DNA from: an uncultured virus (IMG/VR IMGVR_UViG_3300021255_001592)
Lineage: Duplodnaviria; Heunggongvirae; Uroviricota; Caudoviricetes; Crassvirales
Virus record (IMG/VR): IMGVR_UViG_3300021255_001592
Length of the DNA stretch: 20,000 nt
Strand: one strand, 5' to 3'
The notes beneath the pieces are model-generated. The model was not told the origin of the DNA, searched no databases, and saw only the letters and a list, made by a program, of their open reading frames with translations. A program made the position numbers and the translations under genes. How positions within the stretch are numbered: the stretch's first letter is position 1; each line of letters opens with the position of its first letter. Positions 1 to 8,510 of the stretch are shown here, one piece after another.

Positions 1-1700
1 GATTTTACTGAGTTGGCATTATATACACTAAAAACATCTGTACTCTCCGGTGAAATCATCTCACCTCCGATGTCATATACGTTTTTAACAATTACGCCAT
101 CATATCCATTGTCTTTAGCTATTTTTTCTAGAGTTCTAGTGGACTCTATATTACCTTTGTATTGTATTTCATCCCAATTGTTCCCTTTAGCATCGACGAT
201 TAGAGGATTTTTTATTTTTACAAACAGGGAGTATTGAGAACCCACAATCGCATCTGAGCTACTGTCATAGTTGTTGCTATAATCGTGTCTCAGATTTTTC
301 ATCTTTTTATTTACATAGTCCTCAAATAGCTCAAACTTATTTGCCTCAGTAAATTTTTCTGTTTTTGACTCTAAATATGTGTCGATTTCCTTTAGTTGCG
401 CATCAAACTCTTCTTTACTTAACCCAAACCTATTCCTTAAGACTCCTTCTTTTGACTTATCAACTTCACCAGTCCACTGATCTCTTACTCTAGCAAAAGC
501 GAAAGCCTCATCATAAAGCCCTTCTTTTGCCAAATCATCTTGCTCAGACCAGCTGTCTGCGTTGTCTATAATCTCTCTCTCCCGGATGTCAAACATCTGA
601 GATTCTGTCTTAGCATACGACGATGAGACTTCCTTGCTTTTTGCGGTATATATTGATGTTCCATTATTATTTTCATAATTTCTTATAGCCTCATCAATCT
701 CCTCATCACTCATATCATATACGAAAGCCATCATGCTCCTATCGTATGAGCCATCAGGATTTATTTCAATTCTTCTATCACGAGTATCAAATGATGAGAA
801 TTCACTATGTGGGCTTGTATGATATGTAACTAAAGGCTCACCATTCTCATCTACTACTTTAGACACTCCTCTATCTCCAGGATTAACATCGTCTGCCTGC
901 GGTAGAGCGTCATTAATGATTCTGTAAGTAGTGTGATTCCAATAACCAATTTTTGGTTTTTCTGAAACCACTTCAGCAATTCCTTTTTCAACTAAGGATT
1001 TCCAAAGAGCATCTTCTACATCAGAATTTGAAGAATCAGAGTACAAAACTTTGCCTTCTGATTTAGCAATATTAGCAAGAGCTATATGTGCTTTCTTGCC
1101 ATACCCCTTTCCTCGATATGCTTCTTCTATTTCTGTGGCAGCACCAATAGTCCCACCCATGTGAATAGAGTTATCATCTTCAAAAACTGGTATTTCTCCT
1201 ATGTATTCATTCCCCAAAAAAATTATTCTAGTTCCACCGTCAGGAGCCATATCAGGATCAAATTTAACATCACTGACAGTTACTCCTTGGTATGTTGCAG
1301 AAGTTATACTGTTAGGTATATCTTGACTTCTTCTGTATTTAGAGGAGCGTGCAACTCTTTCCCAATCGCCAAACCAATCCTTGAAAGCTTTAGTTCTCAC
1401 TTGTAGCCACTGACTCTCAGTAAGATTAGTAGGTTTACCATTAGGAGCAAGCATAAATGTACCATTTGCTATAGCCTGCTGCTTAATAGAAGCCATTTCA
1501 GACAGGCTATTATCTGTAACTTTAGCTACAATATTATTTCTCTGCCTATACTCTTTCACTTCTTGAGGACTTGGAATAGAATTCACTTCCTTTCCCTCAG
1601 TCATAGCCATAATAGTGGCATGAACAGCGAGTTTGCTTATACCAAGTTCTTTAGAGTACCTCTCAAGGTCATCATTGGATACAAAAATACAATTGGCCAT
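1..1700 (-). CDS. Polyvalent protein, 3'-truncated by window edge (>=566 aa): ART-PolyVal-like ADP-ribosyltransferase with inserted GNAT domain; not in ORF track
   Basis: Manual translation from ATG at 1700 (MANCIFVSNDDLERYSKELG...) is open to position 1 with no stop. Motifs APNGKPTNL..QWLQVRTKAFKDWFGDWE, SKVVDENGEPLVTYHT, IYTAKSKEVSSSYA, FVKIKNPL and NGYDGVIVKNV resemble the polyvalent ART family. EEAYRGKGYGK and ALWKSL resemble GNAT motifs. Confidence 0.8.
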   Translation of the reverse strand, partial: MANCIFVSNDDLERYSKELGISKLAVHATIMAMTEGKEVNSIPSPQEVKEYRQRNNIVAKVTDNSLSEMASIKQQAIANGTFMLAPNGKPTNLTESQWLQVRTKAFKDWFGDWERVARSSKYRRSQDIPNSITSATYQGVTVSDVKFDPDMAPDGGTRIIFLGNEYIGEIPVFEDDNSIHMGGTIGAATEIEEAYRGKGYGKKAHIALANIAKSEGKVLYSDSSNSDVEDALWKSLVEKGIAEVVSEKPKIGYWNHTTYRIINDALPQADDVNPGDRGVSKVVDENGEPLVTYHTSPHSEFSSFDTRDRRIEINPDGSYDRSMMAFVYDMSDEEIDEAIRNYENNNGTSIYTAKSKEVSSSYAKTESQMFDIREREIIDNADSWSEQDDLAKEGLYDEAFAFARVRDQWTGEVDKSKEGVLRNRFGLSKEEFDAQLKEIDTYLESKTEKFTEANKFELFEDYVNKKMKNLRHDYSNNYDSSSDAIVGSQYSLFVKIKNPLIVDAKGNNWDEIQYKGNIESTRTLEKIAKDNGYDGVIVKNVYDIGGEMISPESTDVFSVYNANSVK

Positions 1701-1731
1701 ATTTTATAGTTTAATTATTTTCAATTAACTA

Positions 1732-1760
1732 CAAATATAATATAATTTTGATTCAGCCAA
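1732..1760 (-). promoter_or_regulatory. Candidate Bacteroidota housekeeping-sigma promoter (-7 TAnnTTTG, -33 TTG)
   Basis: Minus strand reads TTG-18 nt-TATATTTG (1739..1732), about 30 nt upstream of ATG 1700, in an AT-rich intergenic region. Confidence 0.5.
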
Positions 1761-1861
1761 TTAGTATAAGTGCCTTTGTATAACATCAAATATTAAATAG
1801 TTATCAGAGGTATGTTCAAGTATATACTTTATAACATAAATTAATGATTACTTTTATACAT

Positions 1862-1897
1862 AAAAAAGAATAGCAAGGTGCTATACCTTGCTATTCT
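1862..1897 (-). terminator. Intrinsic terminator after thyX
   Basis: Perfect 13-bp stem AGAATAGCAAGGT/ACCTTGCTATTCT with 5-nt loop, running into a T tract on the minus strand, 24 nt after the thyX stop. Confidence 0.85.
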
Positions 1898-1921
1898 GCT
1901 GACATTATATAAGAACCACGA

Positions 1922-2728
1922 TTACATAATGCCAACTAACTTATTAGTTAACACCTGAATATCTGGATCAGCAGTCTTAGATGCTCTTTGTTCAAAGAAT
2001 CCATTTTTGCCTTTCCAGTCATTTTCAAAGCCACATACATAGCCTTCAGACTTAAGAGAAAGAGGAAGAATGTGCCTTGCTTCTTGTGGAAGGAGACCCT
2101 TCTCTCTCATAAAGAGGTAATCATCCTCTATATTCTGAAGAGACTTCTCAAATCTTGCACAGGCAAGCTTGTGGTTTATTGAGTCTTCTTCAGACCAGTA
2201 CCATGCTGGCTTTACAAAGGTAAGCTCAGAGCCAAACTTGTCTTTGTCATATCCTATCCATCTTGTAGATTCCCATAGGAAACTAAACACACGATGCCTT
2301 GTGACCTCTTGTTGAATAGCCCTTGAGCATATCCAATGAGTATTGATTCTTTTCTGATGAAAGTCAGTAGGCTCAGTGAGATACTTCAGGTCTTTTTGCC
2401 TATTGTTTTCATATATAACCCTAAGATTAGTGGTAACATATGTCTTGTCCTCGCCAAGAAGAGTCTTAGAATACTTGTTATTCCTATAGAAGAACTCTGT
2501 GAACACAGTATTACTACTGCTTGGGATGGTGAGATACACAGTGCCAAATTCAAATGGAGATAAGTGTCCCATAGACAAAAGCCTATCACAAAACTCTTTA
2601 TAAGAGTCATCTGTAATCTTCTCTTCTGACAGGTGTGATACTCTGGCAGCAAGTTCAACTGCTTTTAATGCTCCTTCAAAAGTAGGTTCTTGAGGAATAA
2701 TCTCAACAAAAGAATCAATAAGTCTCAT
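1922..2728 (-). CDS. thyX: Flavin-dependent thymidylate synthase
   Basis: GHLSPFEF, SRAIQQEVTRHRVFSFLWESTRW (RHR-x7-S-x-R signature), PQEARHILP. Confidence 0.93.
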   Translation of the reverse strand: MRLIDSFVEIIPQEPTFEGALKAVELAARVSHLSEEKITDDSYKEFCDRLLSMGHLSPFEFGTVYLTIPSSSNTVFTEFFYRNNKYSKTLLGEDKTYVTTNLRVIYENNRQKDLKYLTEPTDFHQKRINTHWICSRAIQQEVTRHRVFSFLWESTRWIGYDKDKFGSELTFVKPAWYWSEEDSINHKLACARFEKSLQNIEDDYLFMREKGLLPQEARHILPLSLKSEGYVCGFENDWKGKNGFFEQRASKTADPDIQVLTNKLVGIM

Positions 2729-2729
2729 A

Positions 2730-2951
2730 TCAATCTACATCTATATCTTCAATGTTCCAATCCTCTATTTTCCTAATAAGCTCATCTTGTGCCTCATAAT
2801 AAGCGTCTGTCAAAGCCACATCTTCATCATAATCTTCGGGTACAGTTACTGTTATGGTCTTTGTTATTGTGGCGGTAACATCAAATGACAGCTTCTTACT
2901 CCTTTCTTTCCAGGGAGCTTTAGGATGAAAGTTCTCGTCAGCGAATCCCAT
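2730..2951 (-). CDS. Hypothetical acidic protein (73 aa); start revised to ATG 2951
   Basis: MGFADENFHPKAPW...; the longer start at 3017 in the track would overlap the 2938..3105 gene heavily; the stop lies 1 nt from the thyX start. Confidence 0.65.
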   Translation of the reverse strand: MGFADENFHPKAPWKERSKKLSFDVTATITKTITVTVPEDYDEDVALTDAYYEAQDELIRKIEDWNIEDIDVD

Positions 2952-3105
2952 TTTCAGACTTATAGTATATATTGACTCTCTCAGCACTGTTTTTCCAAGT
3001 GATAAACTCAATATCACTTCTTTCTAAAGTGTCTTTATTGACAACCATGACATCAGCTGTATCTGGATACACAGAGAGAGAGTCAATGAGAGTTTTTACT
3101 TTCAT
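2938..3105 (-). CDS. Small hypothetical phage protein (55 aa); not in ORF track
   Basis: Manual translation MKVKTLIDSLSVYPDTADVMVVNKDTLERSDIEFITWKNSAERVNIYYKSENGIR*; N-terminus resembles the common phage MKVKELI..L..yP.daeV pattern; fills the gap with short overlaps on both sides. Confidence 0.7.
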   Translation of the reverse strand: MKVKTLIDSLSVYPDTADVMVVNKDTLERSDIEFITWKNSAERVNIYYKSENGIR

Positions 3106-3328
3106 ATAAACTTATTATATGCCTAATATCATATATAGAAATAAGACCAACTCTGTGGTCTACAAGCTCGTTGTCATCAGTATAAAATTCGGTATATGGA
3201 ACCTTATAGAGTTTGTTCCTGCAAGCAAGTTTATCGAGAGTTTTGAACTTTATACCAGATGCTTTCAGATTCTGTTCAACAGTCTTGCATATACCACAAG
3301 AGTCAGTCTTATATTCTATAGCGTACAT
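3083..3328 (-). CDS. Thioredoxin/glutaredoxin-like protein
   Basis: CGIC redox motif near the N-terminus, VP (cis-Pro-type) motif, downstream VG, 81 aa. Confidence 0.75.
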   Translation of the reverse strand: MYAIEYKTDSCGICKTVEQNLKASGIKFKTLDKLACRNKLYKVPYTEFYTDDNELVDHRVGLISIYDIRHIISLYESKNSH

Positions 3329-3395
3329 AATGATAAATTAGCTTGCGCTAAGTTACAGAACTAATCTTAAATAGACAATAGTCTAAATAAGATGA

Positions 3396-5447
3396 TTAGT
3401 GCTTCCAACAAGTTCCTACCTCAGCCTCTGCCGGAATAGGGAGAGACTTACAGAATTTAGCAGCACTCTTTTCCATTATATCCTTGACTACATCAGGAAA
3501 CTCTGAAACCGCTTCAGGGAATTCACCACAGAACTCATCGTGTACAAAGGCGCAGAACTTTATTACATTGAAGTAATTATTGTCTACTACCCAATTAAAT
3601 ATGTCGGTGACAGCGCTTTTGAGGATTGTGGCCCCACAGCCCTGCGTGGGCCCATTCAACGCCATTCTATCCCATTTGCTGGCTGCCTTAAAGTGTTCTC
3701 TGACTTTTAGTTCCACATAGTCTCCAGTTCCTTTATGCTTTATTTTATATTCATCCCAAAACTCTGGAGTGAAAGAATCCTGCTCACGCTTCCAATCCTC
3801 CCAATCATACCAATACATTCTATGACCAGTGTACTTATTCATAATCACATAGCCATGTTCTCTCACAAACTTAGATCCTTTTTGCTTAAATCTGGTTATG
3901 CCAGAGAAGCCTGTATCATAAGCTTTTTTGAATTGCTGGGCTTTTTCTAAAGAGCACCCTAAAGTTCCCATTATAGCATATTCAGAACCCCCGAATTGCT
4001 GCGAGAATTCCACTCCCTTTACTTCCTTCCTAAGCTTTGGATACAAATGCTTGATTTCCGATATTTTTGTGTCTCTCGGTATCTCATCAGTATATACCAT
4101 ATAAGCACAGAGAGAATGCATATCTCCGCTTCCATGTAGAAATTCATTGAGCATCGCTTTTTCTTCGTATATATCAGCTCCCAATCGACTTTCCAAAGCG
4201 CTATAGTCGCAGCTAATGAATAAATTACCTGGTTCAGAAACAAAGCAGCTTCTTGTTTCCTCGTCTGAGGGCAGCTGTTGAATGTTTGGATAGGTGCATC
4301 GTGAAGGACTGAGTTTCTTGAACTTAGCCAAGTCAGTATTAGATTGCCTGCTTCCACAAGACATTCTTCCAGATGCCGCTCCAAGTTGATGCCAAGCAGT
4401 ATGAAGTCTTCCAGTCTTTGGATTTATAGCGTCAAGATGCCCTTGTCCATAAGTTGTACAGACTTTTTGATGCTCTTTGTAGTCAAAATATAAGTTGAGG
4501 AACTCATCATCTATTCCTTTTTGGGTCTTAAGCTGCTTTTCAATGACTGAGTCTTTATCCTCACCAGACTTCTTATCCTTGACAGAAGTATCAAAACCAA
4601 GATGCTTAGCATACTCAACAACTTGTTTAGGAGAATCCCAGTTTATATTACACTTAGGAGTAAGGTCAAATCCCTCAAAAAGGTTCCCTTGTCTATCAAT
4701 ATAATAATACTTCTCATCTCCCTTGGATACCACATACTCATCAAGAGCTTTCTTAGCGGCATCCCTAAGGCTGACATCACTGAGCATCTTTTGTTTCCAC
4801 TTCTGCTCATCAAGTTTGATTCCACACCACTCAAGATAAGCTATAGCTGGAACAGCATCACATTCAAGCTTTGCTCCTATAAGACCATTGACTTTCCTAC
4901 AATCCTCTATCTGAGATCTCATTATGTCACATAGATACTTGACATCAGCTGCGGCATATTCTATTACTCTTGTGTCGAGACCTCTCCAGATAATCTCTCC
5001 TCTGACAGACTTGTCAAGATGTAGCCCTAACCTCCTTTCAGCTATAGCTGCAAGAGAATAAGACATCATGCCTGATGGATATCCAAGATGAAGGAACTGC
5101 TCTACAATCATGGTATCATATATCTTTCTTGGAATGATGCTATAATTATAGAGGAACTGCAAGTCAAACTTCAAATTTTGGCCAACACAATAATACTCTT
5201 CTAGAATACGTTTGTAGAATTTGATATCAACTGTTGCGCAGTCAATGACTATCTGCTTGTCTCCCTCCCTATTACCTATCTGAAAGCATAGAAGGTCATT
5301 AATATGTGAATCACGGCCTGTGGTCTCCGAGTCTATCTGAATTATTGGACCCCAACCAGATAATATCTCCAAAGATTCCTCTGGAGATATTATCACATAG
5401 GAGTCATTCTCAAATAGCTCTTGATTTAAAGTAACAAGATATATCAT
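3396..5447 (-). CDS. polA: DNA polymerase family A with 3'-5' exonuclease, no 5'-3' exonuclease
   Basis: Exo I DSETTG, Exo II NLKFD, Exo III YAAAD; SGRMSC, PNIQQLP, motif A DYSALE, motif B RKEVKGVEF, motif C VHDE. Confidence 0.96.
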   Translation of the reverse strand: MIYLVTLNQELFENDSYVIISPEESLEILSGWGPIIQIDSETTGRDSHINDLLCFQIGNREGDKQIVIDCATVDIKFYKRILEEYYCVGQNLKFDLQFLYNYSIIPRKIYDTMIVEQFLHLGYPSGMMSYSLAAIAERRLGLHLDKSVRGEIIWRGLDTRVIEYAAADVKYLCDIMRSQIEDCRKVNGLIGAKLECDAVPAIAYLEWCGIKLDEQKWKQKMLSDVSLRDAAKKALDEYVVSKGDEKYYYIDRQGNLFEGFDLTPKCNINWDSPKQVVEYAKHLGFDTSVKDKKSGEDKDSVIEKQLKTQKGIDDEFLNLYFDYKEHQKVCTTYGQGHLDAINPKTGRLHTAWHQLGAASGRMSCGSRQSNTDLAKFKKLSPSRCTYPNIQQLPSDEETRSCFVSEPGNLFISCDYSALESRLGADIYEEKAMLNEFLHGSGDMHSLCAYMVYTDEIPRDTKISEIKHLYPKLRKEVKGVEFSQQFGGSEYAIMGTLGCSLEKAQQFKKAYDTGFSGITRFKQKGSKFVREHGYVIMNKYTGHRMYWYDWEDWKREQDSFTPEFWDEYKIKHKGTGDYVELKVREHFKAASKWDRMALNGPTQGCGATILKSAVTDIFNWVVDNNYFNVIKFCAFVHDEFCGEFPEAVSEFPDVVKDIMEKSAAKFCKSLPIPAEAEVGTCWKH

Positions 5448-5947
5448 TTTTTCATATAAGCCACATTCTTTGCGAAATCAAGAACCCATTTATTAGCACG
5501 TAGGAAATTAGAGCCAAGAATACCATGGATTGTCATGCCGTCAGTTTTCTTTATATAATCAAATGGTTGGCTCAAATCCTCAACAAAGAATGGAATACTG
5601 AACACGGTATTTCCCAAACTGAATTTGACTTGTGCCTTATCCTTTGATGTTTCTATGACTCCTGCTCCAGTGCTCATAGATGATGATGAGGCCTCAGATG
5701 TGCTTTCGATATCAAGCTTATCAAGAACTCTCTTATCAAGATGGCACCCGTTACTTCCTGAATCAAGAATAAACCTGTAGTTTCTACCATTGTTACTAAG
5801 GGTAAGAACAGGAAGCTCTATCATATCCATGGCTTCATTGAAAGGGTAAACAGTATCAGTATCTGGCTTAGTTCTGTCAAACAACACAACCACACAATAC
5901 GACAATACACAGATAACAATTACCAACAATACTAAACTTATAATCAT
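5444..5947 (-). CDS. Retropepsin-like aspartic protease with N-terminal membrane anchor
   Basis: FILDSGS catalytic motif, GILGSNFL C-terminal motif, hydrophobic residues ~2-24. Confidence 0.85.
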   Translation of the reverse strand: MIISLVLLVIVICVLSYCVVVLFDRTKPDTDTVYPFNEAMDMIELPVLTLSNNGRNYRFILDSGSNGCHLDKRVLDKLDIESTSEASSSSMSTGAGVIETSKDKAQVKFSLGNTVFSIPFFVEDLSQPFDYIKKTDGMTIHGILGSNFLRANKWVLDFAKNVAYMKK

Positions 5948-5997
5948 ACTGAATCTAAAAATATATTAAAGCAGTGAATGCTGCTATCGGTTATCTA

Positions 5998-6399
5998 TTA
6001 ATCACTTTCCTCTATTAACTTTTTAATTTGATGATATTCTGGATAAATTCTTGGATACTCCTCCGCATCCAAGGCTTTGTTGTAATGGAATATGACAGAT
6101 GAATGATTCATTCCCAAAGCCTTGGCTATAGAATGATATGTGAATCCTTTGTCTCTTAATATTTTACAGACTACTCTTCTTGCGCATACTATGTTAACTT
6201 CTCTTGATTTACTGTGTACATTTATACCAGCCTTATCCAAGATGGTATCACATAGCTTGTTGCACTCATTGGCGCACTTCTTATCTCTCTCTGTTAAGAG
6301 GGCGTCCTGGTTTATAACATTAAGTCTTCTTGCTACTGCGGCTCTCTGATGAGCATCTAAGTCATCAAGAAGTTTAAGACAAAGTTCAAAACTGTTCAT
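5998..6399 (-). CDS. DnaA C-terminal-domain-like HTH protein
   Basis: SKSREVNIVCARRV..ILR..G.TYHSIAKALGMNHSSVIFH resembles the DnaA domain IV pattern (R...aR..amYl.r......IG..f.RdHtTV). Confidence 0.75.
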   Translation of the reverse strand: MNSFELCLKLLDDLDAHQRAAVARRLNVINQDALLTERDKKCANECNKLCDTILDKAGINVHSKSREVNIVCARRVVCKILRDKGFTYHSIAKALGMNHSSVIFHYNKALDAEEYPRIYPEYHQIKKLIEESD

Positions 6400-7451
6400 T
6401 ACTTATAGTAAGAGTCTATCCAAGACCTAAGATTATTAGGCAATACTTGAGAAATTCCTTCAGGAACCTCAGGGGTTCGTTTGAGATAAGAATCAAGAGT
6501 TCTTACAAGATCTCTCCAGTTAGGAATCTCATTCCTGCCATAGGTGAATGGTAACTCAGACTGAGTTTCAGTGAATACCCAAGCAAGAGGAATCTTTGGC
6601 TGACCAATCTGATTATTGACAACCACAAACCTATAGTCAAGCAACTTGTAATTCTTGAATACATCACTCTTATTCATATTCTGCCTGATAATATACCAGT
6701 ACAGCTGAGCCTGAATAAAGTATCTCCAGTCAATGAATGACTTATAGAAGTCCCATTCCTTGTGACTTGAGGTTTTGAGGTCTATAGGGCAAACAAACTT
6801 ATTAATATGGTCGCAATAGAGGAGGTCACTCATACACCTTACATCATATCCCTCAAATGTCCCTTTGAACTTCAACTGGTAACATCTCTCAATACCATCA
6901 TTGAATGGATCATCATCAGCAAAGTATGTTTGTGTGGCTGAAGATGTCTTCAAAGCATCCACAGCCTTAAGAGCATCATTGTACACTTCATTACTGATTA
7001 GTGTCTTGCTGTCAGATACAGTAAGAAGGTCATAATACTCTTTACCACATTCCCTTATTACCTTTATTCTTGTCTCTGCTTTCCAGTTCATCTGGAACTG
7101 ATTCTCCTCAATAGCGGAATTAAAGACATCATCAGGTATCTGTTCCCATGGTGTGTTACCCATAGTTCTCAGATATACACTTTTAATGACTTTAATTCTG
7201 CTATCAGCAAGCTCAGGAAAATCAGCGACAAGGAATCTCTCATTGAACTCATCTTTTGAGCCTGTGATAAGACAGTCAACAAGAGAGCCATAAGTAAGAG
7301 ATGGAGAATCAACCCTATCAAACAGAGAGCTTAGGTTATTAAAGCCTTCTCTCTGGAATTTGGCTAGGGTTGAATAGCTATATGCTGGATCTTGCCTATA
7401 GACACTCTCAGGAACATCCCAGGCTATAGAAGATAAACTTACTCTAGACAT
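6399..7451 (-). CDS. PD-(D/E)XK exonuclease (RecE/DUF3799-like)
   Basis: N-terminal SYS, GSLVD, CMSDLL, IDLKTS, YFIQAQLY motifs. Confidence 0.8.
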   Translation of the reverse strand: MSRVSLSSIAWDVPESVYRQDPAYSYSTLAKFQREGFNNLSSLFDRVDSPSLTYGSLVDCLITGSKDEFNERFLVADFPELADSRIKVIKSVYLRTMGNTPWEQIPDDVFNSAIEENQFQMNWKAETRIKVIRECGKEYYDLLTVSDSKTLISNEVYNDALKAVDALKTSSATQTYFADDDPFNDGIERCYQLKFKGTFEGYDVRCMSDLLYCDHINKFVCPIDLKTSSHKEWDFYKSFIDWRYFIQAQLYWYIIRQNMNKSDVFKNYKLLDYRFVVVNNQIGQPKIPLAWVFTETQSELPFTYGRNEIPNWRDLVRTLDSYLKRTPEVPEGISQVLPNNLRSWIDSYYK

Positions 7452-7855
7452 AAACTCTTTATCTTTAAAATACTGTTTTTTAATCCTCTTATAGTATGAA
7501 CTTCGATAAAAATACTGTTGGGGTTATCTTTGATGGCATTAAGAAACATCTTTTTCTTTATGACATATCTGTCAGTAGCCCAGCCTTTAACCTCCATATA
7601 CACCGTGTACTTGCCTATAGTAGCAACAAAGTCAGGAGTATATGTTATGGCTCTTGTCTTTTCCCAGTGCTCCTCAGAGTCAATGTAATATGGATTAATA
7701 GACTTGAAGCCTTCTTGAAGAATAATCTTTTCAGGCTCATAAAGAAATTGCAGTCCTTGTCCCTCAAGCTCTTTACAGACACTTACCTCAAGCTTGCTTC
7801 TATACTTGGTGCCATTATAGACAAGCCCACCAGCATTTCTTACCTTTTTATTCAT
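7439..7855 (-). CDS. T7 endonuclease I/DUF1064-like PD-(D/E)XK endonuclease (putative resolvase)
   Basis: YRSKLE, YEPE, YTPDF, EVKG motifs. Confidence 0.82.
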   Translation of the reverse strand: MNKKVRNAGGLVYNGTKYRSKLEVSVCKELEGQGLQFLYEPEKIILQEGFKSINPYYIDSEEHWEKTRAITYTPDFVATIGKYTVYMEVKGWATDRYVIKKKMFLNAIKDNPNSIFIEVHTIRGLKNSILKIKSLCLE

Positions 7856-7856
7856 A

Positions 7857-8510
7857 CTATACCCAACTAATGATACTTTTACCAGCCATTCTTAAGAATC
7901 CATTAACCTGATTAAACACATCAGGAAAAGGAGTTGAGGTTCTGACACAAAATGATGGATGCACAGTAGACGCTATTCCAGCATTATCCCCTATATATGG
8001 TCTGAAGGAGTTCGCTATTCCTCCAGACAATATATATACAAGGTCTGGTTTTATCCAAGAAATCTTGGATAAGAAATCACTGATTACAGGTCTCCAAATC
8101 ATAGTGTGCTTGCCTATCTCACCCACCTTTGTAGTCAATGATGAATTAAGCATCAGAACACCTTGCTCCTCCCAATTCTTAAGTGTGAGGTCAAAGTTAC
8201 AATCTTCAACATTCTTATCCAAGTATTTGCAGGCATAGTTTCTTAGAATTTTAAGAGAGGGAGATACTCTTTCAGCTGGAGTCTCCATCTTGTTTCCAAA
8301 TGCTATACCTGTAGCAATACCTGATTGTGGGTAAGGGTCTTGACCAAGCCATATCACCTTAAGTTTCTCATAAGGGCAATATGCGAAAGCGTCAAATAAT
8401 GAATCCGCATTTGGAGTTATTGGTCCAGAAAGGCTATTCAGAGCTTTAGTTACCAATTTACCGTTTACTGGATACTTTCTTATGTTACTGACCTGCCCCA
8501 ATGTACTCAT
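7857..8510 (-). CDS. ung: Uracil-DNA glycosylase, family 1; likely start ATG 8510
   Basis: GQDPYP, ATGIAF, SPSL, WEEQGVLMLN, HPS motifs. Confidence 0.92.
   Translation of the reverse strand: MSTLGQVSNIRKYPVNGKLVTKALNSLSGPITPNADSLFDAFAYCPYEKLKVIWLGQDPYPQSGIATGIAFGNKMETPAERVSPSLKILRNYACKYLDKNVEDCNFDLTLKNWEEQGVLMLNSSLTTKVGEIGKHTMIWRPVISDFLSKISWIKPDLVYILSGGIANSFRPYIGDNAGIASTVHPSFCVRTSTPFPDVFNQVNGFLRMAGKSIISWV

Noticed and set aside
1..1700. Apparent ORF-poor region suggesting stop-codon reassignment (TAG to Gln, as in some crAss-like phages) or non-coding DNA
   Set aside because: The minus frame is fully open in the standard code with no in-frame TAG or TGA; it is absent from the track only because the stop lies outside the window. 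TAG appears to end the UDG and E2 genes, and TGA ends several others.
3396..5447. Intein or intron in polA (also checked by eye in DnaB and the SF2 helicase)
   Set aside because: Lengths are ordinary, motifs are contiguous, and no splice-junction or homing-endonuclease motifs were seen
5970..5985. Small hairpin AGCAG-N6-CTGCT upstream of the protease gene
   Set aside because: Only a 5-bp stem with a short U run; too weak to call a terminator
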